64,000 nucleotides of DNA from a bacterium (GTDB lineage: Bacteria; Hinthialibacterota; Hinthialibacteria; Hinthialibacterales; Hinthialibacteraceae), in NCBI GenBank assembly GCA_963663405.2, contig CAXXSM010000012.1, forward strand, positions 8,989 through 72,988. Reading direction: 5' to 3'. The stretch's first letter is position 1. The number at the start of each line of letters is the position of its first letter. The position numbers were made by a program, and so were the translations under genes. The notes below the pieces were generated by a model that saw only the letters and a program-made list of their open reading frames with translations, was not told where the DNA came from and made no database searches. Positions 40,524 through 51,245 of the stretch are shown piece after piece.

Positions 40524-42362
40524 TCAATCCTGATCCGCCAGCCGATTGGCGGCTCTTGCTATCAGCAATTGTGTTAGATATAGGCAGACTCCACATTGAA
40601 GCGCGACAAAGAAATAAGGGCCAATCCCCTCTTGAAAGGGCAGCAGATTCCGGCCCAAAATATTGACCTGCTCGCTGGGGAAGAGCGATGTCACACCCGC
40701 CAATGGGCTGATCAACGCCAATAAAAGGATTCCAAAACCCGGCGGTGAGTTCGTTGTTGAAAATAAAAACGGCGCGATGATCGTGACGAAGATCACAAGA
40801 CTAGACACAATCAACGCCCGGTTGGTCTGCCGGAAACAGGCGGAACAGTACAGACCAAACGCGGTATAGACCAACAACGCGCACAGCAGAATAATAGGAT
40901 AAAACAAGATTGCGAAGGTATCCCTTACATTCGAGACCAGATCGACTTCATATCCCAGCAAGCCGCACGTGAGTTGAAGAAGCATACCGGGTAGATACAA
41001 CGCCAGCGCGATGAAAAAATTATACTGCAAATTCGTCATGAACTTGGCCCGGACGATCTGATCGGACGAGAGAAGCGACGTTCGGATCAAATCGAGTAAA
41101 CCTCGATCACGGTCCGCGCTGATACTCGTCGCCGCCAACGGCAGCGTAAACAGAGACGCGATCAAAAACGGAAGCGAGAAAAACAACCACGATCCTTCAT
41201 ACGAGGCTAAAGGCAATGTCAGAACCGATGTAATCAGCGCCGTATAAAACAGGCGCATGACCACCGGCAGCCGGGCGAACCATTGTACCCGCCGTTCGAG
41301 CACCAAGCCGGGATTTCCTTCCTCACTCGTTTTATTAAATGAGATATCGTAATCCCGGTCATAAATCTGTGAGTCGTCCTCTTCCTCCAAACTGCGCCCC
41401 CATTCTTCGGTAACGCCTAAAACAATACTCCGTACCCTGCGCGTCGTAGCCCACAATAATACAATACAAAGCGCGAAGGATAGCATTATGTAATGTTTTA
41501 ACACCATCGGCAATCCCATCGGCTTTAAGGTTCCCGACCGAATCAATTCGCTAGGATCATATAAAATCGATACGCCGTTCTTCAGCGCCGCGCTAGGATA
41601 AAACTCCTCCCGCAACGTGAAAAATGGACTGATATACTGAAATCCATGATCCTGCAATCCAAAATCAGTCCATTTCAACGTCGAAAAATAATGCCAGGCG
41701 GATCCATGATACGGAATCAAGAAAGAACTAAAGAACGTCGCGATAACCGCGATCAGGTACACTTCATACACTCGCTTGCGCAAGGTGGAACAAAACAAGC
41801 CTAAACAGCCCATCGTGAATGTGGCGGTAAATAGAATCAGGTACGTGCGTGACACTTCATAAAATGAAAGCCCACCCCCCAAAAAACAGAGGGAAAGAAT
41901 CGGAATTCCAGAGATTAAGAGTATAAATAAATAAATTAACGGGGAGAGCAGTTTTGAAAAAACGAAATGAGAGACCGAAATCGGTGACGAAAGCAGCGTA
42001 TCCAACGTCGACCGTTCCCGCTCTTCCACAATGACGGGCGCCATCAACAACGGTGTCACAATCGTGATAAAAAAGAGATGCCCTTTCGCCAACGTATAAA
42101 ACAACGCCCGCGCGCCTTGCGGGATATCACCATCGGGAGCCCAGGCGCTGGCGAACGCGCCCCAGTTTTGGCTGACAAGATAATTCACTCCTACTAAAAA
42201 TAAAAAAAAGAACACAAACGATTTTGTGCTCCGCAAAAAAGACCGCAATTCCCGCCATAAGATCGGTGAGATCCAGATTCGTAATAAACTTCGCGCCAAC
42301 GCCATGATTGTTATCCTCTTCTCCGAATAATTGACAAGTGGATCGTTCCCATTTGCGAACAA
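40524..42362 (-). CDS. ABC-2-type permease, two fused halves
   Basis: PILWRELR, ERERSTLDTLLSSP and second half ISADRDRGLLDLI; start possibly 42305. Confidence 0.8.
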   Translation of the reverse strand: MFANGNDPLVNYSEKRITIMALARSLLRIWISPILWRELRSFLRSTKSFVFFFLFLVGVNYLVSQNWGAFASAWAPDGDIPQGARALFYTLAKGHLFFITIVTPLLMAPVIVEERERSTLDTLLSSPISVSHFVFSKLLSPLIYLFILLISGIPILSLCFLGGGLSFYEVSRTYLILFTATFTMGCLGLFCSTLRKRVYEVYLIAVIATFFSSFLIPYHGSAWHYFSTLKWTDFGLQDHGFQYISPFFTLREEFYPSAALKNGVSILYDPSELIRSGTLKPMGLPMVLKHYIMLSFALCIVLLWATTRRVRSIVLGVTEEWGRSLEEEDDSQIYDRDYDISFNKTSEEGNPGLVLERRVQWFARLPVVMRLFYTALITSVLTLPLASYEGSWLFFSLPFLIASLFTLPLAATSISADRDRGLLDLIRTSLLSSDQIVRAKFMTNLQYNFFIALALYLPGMLLQLTCGLLGYEVDLVSNVRDTFAILFYPIILLCALLVYTAFGLYCSACFRQTNRALIVSSLVIFVTIIAPFLFSTTNSPPGFGILLLALISPLAGVTSLFPSEQVNILGRNLLPFQEGIGPYFFVALQCGVCLYLTQLLIARAANRLADQD

Positions 42363-42415
42363 TCATCTACCCACTCTCTAATGTAACGATTAAAAGAGTT
42401 CTTACGCTTCACAAA

Positions 42416-44362
42416 TTATTCACTCTGGACTAAATATCTCTCCGCCAGTTTCTTCAGGAAATCCGCGATGGATAAAAACACGACACACTGGATGAACAAA
42501 TAGAGATACGCATATAGCGCTTCATCCGATACGCCGGTCATTTGATAAATATACTGCTGTTCCACTCCCGGACCGGGTTCCAATTTCCCCGGAAGGATTC
42601 CATGCATTCCCAAAAGTGGACAAAAAAGAGCATATATCCTGCTCAAATAAAAAATCGGGAACCATATCAAATTAAAAATAATTCTGTAACTAGAGGGAGC
42701 ATTAAGCCCGAGGAACTGGGGATCGTAAAACCATGAAGTCAATAATTGATACGACTGCTCCCCCCCAATGATCGTAGGAATCAACGTGGCAAAGATAATG
42801 ATTCCCGTAACCAGCAACGCCTTATTGGTCTTTTGAAAAAAAGTAGAAAAAAACAGGCCCATCGAAGAGTAAAACCGCAACGCGCAGTAAAAAAAGAAAG
42901 GAGAGACGATCAGAGCCAGGATATCGAGAACCCATTTTGCTCCCGTCGCTTTAATCACTCCAAACCAAAGAAATAAAGACCGGATTACCATTCCCGGCAG
43001 AAACAGGGCCAGAGCGATAATAAAACTATACGTAAAACATGAGGTGAATTTCGTCTTGATAATCTCGCGCATGGGAATCAATGTCGTTAACAGTAGATCT
43101 AACGTCCCCCGCTCCCGTTCAGTACTAATCGAGGCCGCCGTCATCGGAACGGTGAGAAGGATCGAAACAACCAAAGGAAGGTAAAAAAAGTAGACCGCAT
43201 TCTGATCGGAGATGATTGGAATGATGATAATGGAGAAGATAATTCCACTGTAAAACAGGCGGATTAAAACTGTCGAGCGGGCGAACCATTGCATTCGTCT
43301 TTCCAAGATCGCTCCGGCTTTTTCTTCTTGATGGATAAACCTTTTGGAAAATTCTACAGTTAAATCACGGTAGAGCAGCTTGTTTCTGGATCGATCGACT
43401 GGAATCCGGGACTTCCGGACTTTATAAAGCGAGGTCCGGCCTTGCGCCATCAACTGAACCCGGCGCCGGGCCCAGAACACCATAAGGACACTCACTAACA
43501 AGGACATAACCGGGTAAATGTATAATGGATCGAGTCCTAATCGAATTTTAACATAACGCCCGGCGCCAAGAAATATATACGAAAAGTAATCAAACATCTC
43601 AACGGTATTGATTGCGGAGCCGCTCTGACTCGAGGGATAAAAATCCTCCCAGAGAATCACAAGAGGATTTAACAAATGGCATAAATGATTCGTTTCACTA
43701 ATATGGCGGGCCGGCCGGGTTCCGATCAGATCGATTAACGTTCCATGAAAAGGAATCACGATCGCATAGAGCAGGATCATACCGCCGGTGATTAAATAAA
43801 CCTCATGCAGTTTCGGACGCAGCGTAGAACAAAAAAGACCAATGCTGCCAAACGTAATAATCGTGAGCAGCATGTTTAAATACGCCTTGAAAATAACATA
43901 CGGTGAAAGTCCGCCACCCATCAGACAAAGCGATAAAATGGGAATCGCGGCGGTCAAGAGAAAGACGATGAAAAGCAACGGCGCGAACAACTTCGCCGCC
44001 ACGAGCTGGCGGGGCGTGATGGGAGAAGAAAGCAGCAATTCCAACGTGCCTTTCTCCCGTTCTTCCGCCACCTTCGACGCCGACATAAACGGGGTAATAA
44101 TCATCAAAAAAAGAAGATGGATAAAGGCAAGAGAAAAAAACAATCCACGGGAAACCCTTGCCACATCACTAGATTGGTTCGCCCAGTAAGTGATAACTTG
44201 GCTCCATCCCTGCAGCATGAAAAACGTAAGAGCCGCGAGAAAGAGAAAGAGCATTACAAAGGTCTTTTTTTTTCGTAATATAGAACGGAGCTCCCGTGAC
44301 AAGAGTGGAAAAGAAAAATGAATTTGATTCAACACCGGCAGGACACGCATATGACAAATCAT
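42416..44362 (-). CDS. ABC-2-type permease, two fused halves (paralog of the adjacent gene)
   Basis: PLLSRELR, EREKGTLELLLSSP and ISTERERGTLDLLL. Confidence 0.8.
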   Translation of the reverse strand: MICHMRVLPVLNQIHFSFPLLSRELRSILRKKKTFVMLFLFLAALTFFMLQGWSQVITYWANQSSDVARVSRGLFFSLAFIHLLFLMIITPFMSASKVAEEREKGTLELLLSSPITPRQLVAAKLFAPLLFIVFLLTAAIPILSLCLMGGGLSPYVIFKAYLNMLLTIITFGSIGLFCSTLRPKLHEVYLITGGMILLYAIVIPFHGTLIDLIGTRPARHISETNHLCHLLNPLVILWEDFYPSSQSGSAINTVEMFDYFSYIFLGAGRYVKIRLGLDPLYIYPVMSLLVSVLMVFWARRRVQLMAQGRTSLYKVRKSRIPVDRSRNKLLYRDLTVEFSKRFIHQEEKAGAILERRMQWFARSTVLIRLFYSGIIFSIIIIPIISDQNAVYFFYLPLVVSILLTVPMTAASISTERERGTLDLLLTTLIPMREIIKTKFTSCFTYSFIIALALFLPGMVIRSLFLWFGVIKATGAKWVLDILALIVSPFFFYCALRFYSSMGLFFSTFFQKTNKALLVTGIIIFATLIPTIIGGEQSYQLLTSWFYDPQFLGLNAPSSYRIIFNLIWFPIFYLSRIYALFCPLLGMHGILPGKLEPGPGVEQQYIYQMTGVSDEALYAYLYLFIQCVVFLSIADFLKKLAERYLVQSE

Positions 44363-44416
44363 CCCTTTTTGTATATTTTCAATCGTATCGTGAATTCATT
44401 CATCCCGTCAGACACT

Positions 44417-47074
44417 ATGAAGAAGGGGGTCATTTCATTGTTCAAGCGAACCCAATTCCTCCAGCCACATCGATCCAAATGTTTCACGTTGAATATAACG
44501 GGCTATCATTTACATTTGTTTATCCTTCCCGTGTTGGTATTTTACTCACTGACTGCTATAACCCCCACGGCGCATTCGGCGGAAGATCCTTTAAACGACG
44601 TTTTGGATCAACCAGAGTACTTCGCCGGCGCCACGAATGAACCGTACACTTCCGTCGTCTATGCGGGCTTTGATCCTGAACTGCCCTACCGCCGCGACAT
44701 GTCCTGGGCGCCGATTACGGTCGAACTGACCAGCAACCTAAAAAGCATGGAAGGCGAATTGATCGTCGAACTCAAAGACGGCAATGTCACCTATCGAACG
44801 CCAATAAACTTGCCCCTAAAGTCGAAAAAAGCGTACAGTTTTTTTGTCTACGTTCCCGAAATGCTTGATGAACTTAACTTTTTTATTCAGGAGGGCAGGA
44901 CAAGAACGCCCATCCAAACCGTAACCATCCCCAGTGTCGAATCGGAAAACAACCGCTTCGTCGCGGTTCTCAGTCAGGAACGGGGCACCCACAGCCACTT
45001 AGCGCACAATCCGGGTGACAGAGAAGCGGAGGTTATCCGCCGGGTTTTATATACCACGCCGGATATACTCCCCCGGTTCTGGGTCGGCTATCAAAACATT
45101 GATGTCATGATCTGGGACGGCGGTTCCAGCGCCCCTCTTTCCACCGAACGGGCGGCCGCGCTGGAACAATGGATTCAAACAGGCGGCGTTCTCGTCCTGG
45201 CCGCCGGGGCGCACTGGCAGGAACTGAATAACTCCGCCTTCCGGTTGTATGTTCCACTTACGATGACAAATTCCCGCGTGTTAGAAGCCGGCGCGGAACT
45301 GATTTCTCCCAAAGAAGCGATCCATCCCGTCTTGGCCAATGGCATGGTGATCGCGACGGGTGAACTCTTGGACGATTCTTCAATCAAAGTCTGGCTGAAC
45401 GCTGGAGAGGATCCGTTTCTCGTTGAACGGAAATGGGGCGCTGGACGCATTGTGTTTGTCGCGTCCTCCATCGATCAACCGCTCTTCACGAGTTCTCTGC
45501 AAAACAAAGTCTTCGCGGAATACATCACGGAACGCTCGCATCCCATTCCCCCCCGTGTCGTAAACGACCTCGATCAAAACGTGACAGGATTCCTGCAATA
45601 TATGGTGCAGGCGGAGCTTCCCAGCACTTGGTTCATCGCTGGATACCTTGCATTGTACATCATTATTGTCGTGCCTGTGAATTATCTCCTGTTCCGTTCG
45701 ATCAAACGGCTTGAATGGGCCTGGTTCACAGTGCCCATCTGGGCGGTTATCTTTGCTTACGGCGCGTACTACATCGGCGCGCTGCGGCAAGAGAGCACGG
45801 TCTCCGTCAACGAAATCAGCGTCATTGAATCCAAACCCAACGCCACAGTAGCGGCGACAACGACGTATACTTCTATCTATTCCCCCGTCCGGCGGTGGTA
45901 TACGCTCTCATTTGAAAATCCGCCCGCGTTCCCCCACATCCCAAACTCCCAATCGTCCTTTCAACGCGGCCGGGCCACTTCCAGTGACATTCTTGATATA
46001 TCCTTCTCCGATAAAGGAACCGTTGTGAAGGATTACTTGATTTACCATTGGTCCCAGCGGCAGATCAAAACTCAGCATATTCTCCCCATTGGGAAAGGGG
46101 TGGATGTCGATTTCGAATGGGAAGGCTCCCAGATCATCGGAACCCTGACGAATAACACTGGATTTACACTCATCAATCCAGTCCTTTGGGTGGGATCCTA
46201 TGAAATCAACCTGCCGTCGCTGGAAATCGGGGGGAAGATACATATCGACCGGTATTGGAAATCCCGGACCGAGATCAACCTGAACGATCTCCGCAACCAA
46301 CGGATGTGGGGATCGCAGCGAGGCTATAATGTTCCCCGTGAACGAAGAGACGCCAGCGTCTATATCCAAAATGAGATTCAACAATTTTATCCGGAAATCC
46401 TCCTTGGCGAACCGGGATCCCAAGGTATGGCGATTCTTACGGCGCGGGTGAATCAGCCATCCTTCGCTTTCGATCTCAACGGGGAGAGAGTCGATCCCAA
46501 AGGCCAGGCGCTGTTCTGTCTCATCTTCCCCCTGCGCCAGAATATCGAAGGCCGATTGGTCATCCGGCGAAATTCCTGGCGTTTTCCCACCTCTACGTTG
46601 ATGAACCTTGGCCGGCAGGGAAATATGATGATGGGCACATCAGATACCGAATTTATTAACAATAATCAAGAATCGCTGCGCAACATCATTACTGACGTGC
46701 CTCTGCTGGGCGGAAAAATTGAGGAAATGTACATCAACATGAATTACCCAATGCTTGGTTATCCTCAACAAGTCAGCCAGATCGATCCCAGCCTGCAGCT
46801 GCAAATTCGCAACCGCATCACGAAAAAATACGAGCCGTTATCAGAGATCACCGATAACAGCGGCAAAGTCAAATTCCCCGCGCGTTACTTGAATAAAGCT
46901 CTCGGAGGAATTTCCATTAAAATCAAAGCGCCGTCAAACCGCACAATCCAATTCCCGAATAGCGCCATTGATATCTCATTAACAATGAATTTCGGCGGAG
47001 ACGATCAGTCTACATTCCTTGGACGGCCTTTGGTTGATGAACCTATCGATGAGGAAAGTGACCTTGGGTTATAA
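44417..47074 (+). CDS. Large membrane-associated ABC accessory protein (class-I GATase-like domain + TM hairpin)
   Basis: WAPITVEL, ALEQWIQTGGVLV, GAGRIVF, YIIIVVPVNY..F...RLEWAWFTVP; ORF open from 44318. Confidence 0.7.
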   Translation: MKKGVISLFKRTQFLQPHRSKCFTLNITGYHLHLFILPVLVFYSLTAITPTAHSAEDPLNDVLDQPEYFAGATNEPYTSVVYAGFDPELPYRRDMSWAPITVELTSNLKSMEGELIVELKDGNVTYRTPINLPLKSKKAYSFFVYVPEMLDELNFFIQEGRTRTPIQTVTIPSVESENNRFVAVLSQERGTHSHLAHNPGDREAEVIRRVLYTTPDILPRFWVGYQNIDVMIWDGGSSAPLSTERAAALEQWIQTGGVLVLAAGAHWQELNNSAFRLYVPLTMTNSRVLEAGAELISPKEAIHPVLANGMVIATGELLDDSSIKVWLNAGEDPFLVERKWGAGRIVFVASSIDQPLFTSSLQNKVFAEYITERSHPIPPRVVNDLDQNVTGFLQYMVQAELPSTWFIAGYLALYIIIVVPVNYLLFRSIKRLEWAWFTVPIWAVIFAYGAYYIGALRQESTVSVNEISVIESKPNATVAATTTYTSIYSPVRRWYTLSFENPPAFPHIPNSQSSFQRGRATSSDILDISFSDKGTVVKDYLIYHWSQRQIKTQHILPIGKGVDVDFEWEGSQIIGTLTNNTGFTLINPVLWVGSYEINLPSLEIGGKIHIDRYWKSRTEINLNDLRNQRMWGSQRGYNVPRERRDASVYIQNEIQQFYPEILLGEPGSQGMAILTARVNQPSFAFDLNGERVDPKGQALFCLIFPLRQNIEGRLVIRRNSWRFPTSTLMNLGRQGNMMMGTSDTEFINNNQESLRNIITDVPLLGGKIEEMYINMNYPMLGYPQQVSQIDPSLQLQIRNRITKKYEPLSEITDNSGKVKFPARYLNKALGGISIKIKAPSNRTIQFPNSAIDISLTMNFGGDDQSTFLGRPLVDEPIDEESDLGL

Positions 47075-47197
47075 TACGGGTTGATTGTTCCTCGTTTGGA
47101 TCCCAATCAAGAAAAGCGATAGAACAAAAATAATTGTGAAGAGTATCGTTCCATACAAGTCCGGCCTTCCACCGGCGCGGCAAGATAGGAGACACAT

Positions 47198-48124
47198 ATG
47201 ATTCGAGTGGAAAATTTCACGAAAAAATACGGGGATAAAACAGCGGTCAAGGATTTTACCCTGCACGTCGAAAAGGGTGATATTTTTGGTTTCATCGGCC
47301 CCAACGGCGCAGGAAAAACCACCACGATCCGCTTCCTCGCGACGTTGCTGAAACCAACCGCCGGGGAAGCGACGATTAACGGCTTCAGCGTCACCCGCCA
47401 ACCGATGGACGTGCGCCGCTCAATGGGCTACATGCCCGACTCGTTCGGTGTATATGAAGGAATGCGCGTATGGGAATATCTCGATTTCTTCGCCGCCGCC
47501 TACAATATAAAAAAAGATAAGCGTAAAAAAATCATTCGCGATGTCATCCAACTCCTCGATCTCGACAATAAAAAAGACGATTTTGTTGAAGGGCTCTCGC
47601 GGGGGATGAAACAACGCCTCTGCTTGGCCAAAACATTGGTGCATGATCCGGAAGTCCTCATTCTCGACGAACCCGCTTCCGGACTGGATCCCCGCGCCCG
47701 CCACTACATCAAAGAACTTCTCAAAGAACTGAGGCGTATGGGCAAAACCATTCTCATCTCCTCTCACATCCTGGCCGAATTATCGGACTGCTGTAATAAA
47801 ATCGGCATTATCGAACGAGGCGTTCTCCTCGCGTCCGGTGAGATCAAGCACATTATGAGTCAGGTCCGGGAAAGCATGGTCCTTGAAATCGAACTCCTTG
47901 AAGAAGATGACCGGCTGGAAAAGATCATCTGGGACTTCCCGGGCGTCAAAAACGTAGAAGTGATGGGACAGATTACCCGCGTGGAATACATCGGCGACCT
48001 TCGCGAAGTGCCGGTATTACACAAACAATTGATCGAAAAAGGCATTAATGTCTTATATTTCCGCGAACTGCCCGCGAACCTGGAAGAAGTCTTTATGACA
48101 GTCACAAAAGGCGAGGTCGCGTAA
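47198..48124 (+). CDS. ABC transporter ATP-binding protein
   Basis: GPNGAGKTT, LSRGMKQR, ILDEPASGLDP, ISSHIL, LEEVF. Confidence 0.95.
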   Translation: MIRVENFTKKYGDKTAVKDFTLHVEKGDIFGFIGPNGAGKTTTIRFLATLLKPTAGEATINGFSVTRQPMDVRRSMGYMPDSFGVYEGMRVWEYLDFFAAAYNIKKDKRKKIIRDVIQLLDLDNKKDDFVEGLSRGMKQRLCLAKTLVHDPEVLILDEPASGLDPRARHYIKELLKELRRMGKTILISSHILAELSDCCNKIGIIERGVLLASGEIKHIMSQVRESMVLEIELLEEDDRLEKIIWDFPGVKNVEVMGQITRVEYIGDLREVPVLHKQLIEKGINVLYFRELPANLEEVFMTVTKGEVA

Positions 48125-48372
48125 AGAGCCACTCCATTCAACCACCATCTTTCCCCAATCAACCGGCTCCACAAGGCTCACCCAGTCAGGGAGATCGAAT
48201 TATACTATACTTATTTAGTATCGAATTCATCTCCACAGTTTCCAATAGGACGAACCGGCAAAAAAGTGACATCCCTCAATCTCCCCTGGATGAAAAGAAC
48301 CGGACTGATGTGGTATCATGACGGGAATGCGCCGCCGGAACGCCTTAACCACACTATTGAGAGGTCTTTATC

Positions 48373-49233
48373 GTGAAACGCTTATCGATTCTCTTCCTGG
48401 CCGTGTTCATCGTTTCTATACTGGCGCCGGAAACATTCGCGTTTAAATGGTACAAAAAAGCGTCTGAAGCCTTGGAAACCGCGAAAGAAAAGAAAATGCC
48501 GGCGTTTTTATATTTCTTTCACTCCCTCGCATTACGGAAAGGGAGCCCTGAACGAAAATTGTGGGCGAGTCCTTTATTAAAGAGATATGAAAACTCTTTC
48601 GTCGCCACTTTAGCTGAGGTGGATTCCAACGTCGATCTTATCAAAAAATATGGTGTTTCCTCTTTCCCCGCCATTCTGTTTTTCGATACCAAAGGCCGGG
48701 AAATCCTGGCCCTGCGGATCGAAGATGAAACATTGAAACAAACAATGCTCGCAGTACGAATGAAACGCGTTCTCCGTGAAATCGAACAATTCGAGCTGAT
48801 CGAAAGCCAAATTCAGAAATACAAAGACAACGCCCGTATGGTGCACTCCTACGCCGATGGATTACGCGACCGGGGCCAATTCGAAGAAGCGGAAGAACAA
48901 TACGTCCGCCTGTTCCAATGGGAAAACCTCGATCCCACGATCCTCAAAGAATCAGAAACGTCATACATTCATATGCTTTTTCTCCAAGCGACCCGCGATT
49001 TCTACGCAGGGCGATACAGCAGCTGTATCGATACCATGCGCCGGTTTAAAGCGAAATATCCAGGAGACGACGCCACCACCCAAGCTGATTTCCTGCTTGG
49101 CATGGCCTATTATGAGGCGGGTGATCAAAAAAGCGGAGAACAATTGCTCAAAACAATCGCACGGGATAAGAAGGCGGGGATCTTCCAAGAGAAAGCGAAA
49201 CAATATCTCGATCGGAAGAAAAGTAAAAAATGA
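48373..49233 (+). CDS. Exported thioredoxin-like fold (no CxxC) + TPR protein
   Basis: Signal peptide; ALETAKEKKMP, KYGVSSFPAILFFD..G; TPR-like C-terminus. Confidence 0.7.
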   Translation: MKRLSILFLAVFIVSILAPETFAFKWYKKASEALETAKEKKMPAFLYFFHSLALRKGSPERKLWASPLLKRYENSFVATLAEVDSNVDLIKKYGVSSFPAILFFDTKGREILALRIEDETLKQTMLAVRMKRVLREIEQFELIESQIQKYKDNARMVHSYADGLRDRGQFEEAEEQYVRLFQWENLDPTILKESETSYIHMLFLQATRDFYAGRYSSCIDTMRRFKAKYPGDDATTQADFLLGMAYYEAGDQKSGEQLLKTIARDKKAGIFQEKAKQYLDRKKSKK

Positions 49234-50357
49234 CATACAGAATCGTCCATACCCATTGCCGCCATTATCGCGGTGATCGTCCCTGCCAACCTCATAAAGA
49301 TCACGGCGTTTTTTGCGATGGATGTCCCCATTTCGATCCCGTGAAATCCCGGATTCTTATTATAAAGTTGGGCGCGACCGGGGATGTTCTTCGTACGACC
49401 GCAATCCTGGGATCGGTGAAGGAAGTCTATCCAGACGCGCACATCACCTGGGTCTGCGGCTGGCGAAGTGTCTCTTTAATCCGCCAGAATCCACTGATTG
49501 ACCGTCCGCTCCCTCTCTCAGAAGAGTCTCTCGTGATTCTGGATAACGAACGGTTCGATCTCTGTGTGAACTTTGACCTGGCGCCGGAAGCGGCGTCTCT
49601 CGCGGGCCGAATCAAAGCCGGTGTTCGGAAAGGATTTGCGCGAGACGAAAAGGGCCGCGTCTTCGCCTATGATCACGCCGGAGAAGAATGGCTCGAGATG
49701 AGCCTGTGGGATGATAAAAAGAAAGCCAATCCACTCACATATCAAACTCACATGCGGAGAATCCTCGGCGCGCCCGAGACCAATCATCCCATCATCGCCC
49801 CGCTTCTCCCGGAAGCGTTGAAAAAAGCCGAGGCGTTCGCGGAACAACACGGTTTACGTGACTCCGGACCTGTAATCGGTTTCAACGTCGGCGCCGGGGA
49901 ACGATGGCAGCATAAAAAATGGACGATTGAAGGCTACGTCCAACTCGCGCGGCGAATTACTCAAGAAATCGATGGACGGATTGTTATTCTCTACGGTCCC
50001 GCCGACCGCCGCCGGGCTCAAGAGGCCCTTATCGCGCTGGATGTTCCCCACATCGACGCGGGATTGCGCGCATCCATGATGGAATTCATCGCCATAATGA
50101 ACGTTTGCGATCTTATCGTCACCGGCGACACATTCGGCCTTCATGCGGCGTTGGGATTGGGCAAGCGGGTGGTCTGTCTGGTCGGCCCGACTTCCGCGCA
50201 GGAATTGGAACTCTACGGCCAAGGTGTTATCCTTTCGGGAGAGATCGACTGCCTGGGTTGCTATTTAACCCGCTGCGATAAAGATCCGTATTGCATGAAA
50301 CTGCTCTCGGCTGACACCGTATTCGAGGCGGTTCAAAACCAACTAAAGAAACAATGA
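49230..50357 (+). CDS. Glycosyltransferase family 9 (ADP-heptose heptosyltransferase-like)
   Basis: LGATGDVL, KKW, VTGDTFGLHAA, GPT, CLGC motifs. Confidence 0.9.
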   Translation: MTYRIVHTHCRHYRGDRPCQPHKDHGVFCDGCPHFDPVKSRILIIKLGATGDVLRTTAILGSVKEVYPDAHITWVCGWRSVSLIRQNPLIDRPLPLSEESLVILDNERFDLCVNFDLAPEAASLAGRIKAGVRKGFARDEKGRVFAYDHAGEEWLEMSLWDDKKKANPLTYQTHMRRILGAPETNHPIIAPLLPEALKKAEAFAEQHGLRDSGPVIGFNVGAGERWQHKKWTIEGYVQLARRITQEIDGRIVILYGPADRRRAQEALIALDVPHIDAGLRASMMEFIAIMNVCDLIVTGDTFGLHAALGLGKRVVCLVGPTSAQELELYGQGVILSGEIDCLGCYLTRCDKDPYCMKLLSADTVFEAVQNQLKKQ

Positions 50358-51121
50358 TGACAAAACGAATCCACAATACGAAACAAAGCTGGCGCAACCA
50401 GCAGCGTATCCAGTTTCTAAAAAATTTCTACGCGGCGCGTCAGATGATCGAGAAGTTCTATCAGCAATTTCTCGACAATCAATCGATTTCGTCCGATACC
50501 ATCGATACACTGATCGAACAATACCTCAGGAATTTGAAGAAACTCTCTCAATCGCTCTACCAGGTACAGGACGATGAAGCCGTCGAACGGAAGAAACAGC
50601 GCTTATTCGACAAATTAATCGGGGAACTGTTCCACGAACTCGGGAAAACCCGTGACAACATTCGCTTAGTCGACGCGCACGAAGAGGACGCCGAAGAGCA
50701 TAACGATGAATTTTGGCGATCTCTCACCCGGTTCGGAGGCCAGGTGATTTCCACAGCTCGGAGAGAAATCCCCCTGCAAGTCGGCCGCTCCGTGCTTATT
50801 ATGAACAAACTTGTCCCATTGTTTGAACAAATCCTGCCGATTTACCGTGATAACGAAATCGTATTGCGCACGATCTATTTATCCCGCAATTACTTCGATC
50901 CTCTCACGAAACCTTCCACCATCGAATATTTCTTCCCCATTTTGTACGGCTCTGTCGATGAGGGGTATCGATCTCTCATTCATTCCTTTCTCCAAACCCG
51001 GCACATCGATAACGCGCAAGTGGTTCTCCAAGAATTCCGTCACTGGGCAAAATCAAACGGTCACAAACCGAATCCCGCTCTTGAACAAGCCGAAGCTGAA
51101 TTCAGCGGCTATATAACATAA
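50354..51121 (+). CDS. Hypothetical helical protein
   Basis: Translationally coupled ORF (ATGA overlap) in an operon. Confidence 0.65.
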   Translation: MMTKRIHNTKQSWRNQQRIQFLKNFYAARQMIEKFYQQFLDNQSISSDTIDTLIEQYLRNLKKLSQSLYQVQDDEAVERKKQRLFDKLIGELFHELGKTRDNIRLVDAHEEDAEEHNDEFWRSLTRFGGQVISTARREIPLQVGRSVLIMNKLVPLFEQILPIYRDNEIVLRTIYLSRNYFDPLTKPSTIEYFFPILYGSVDEGYRSLIHSFLQTRHIDNAQVVLQEFRHWAKSNGHKPNPALEQAEAEFSGYIT

Positions 51122-51245
51122 TTTGCGTTTTTCCTCCCGCATCCCAGATCCCCCTCCTATCAACCATTTCATTTTCATGACGATAATAACTAGAGAATTT
51201 TCATCCCTCGGCGAGAACGATCCATAGAGAAGGGCCGCGAACACC

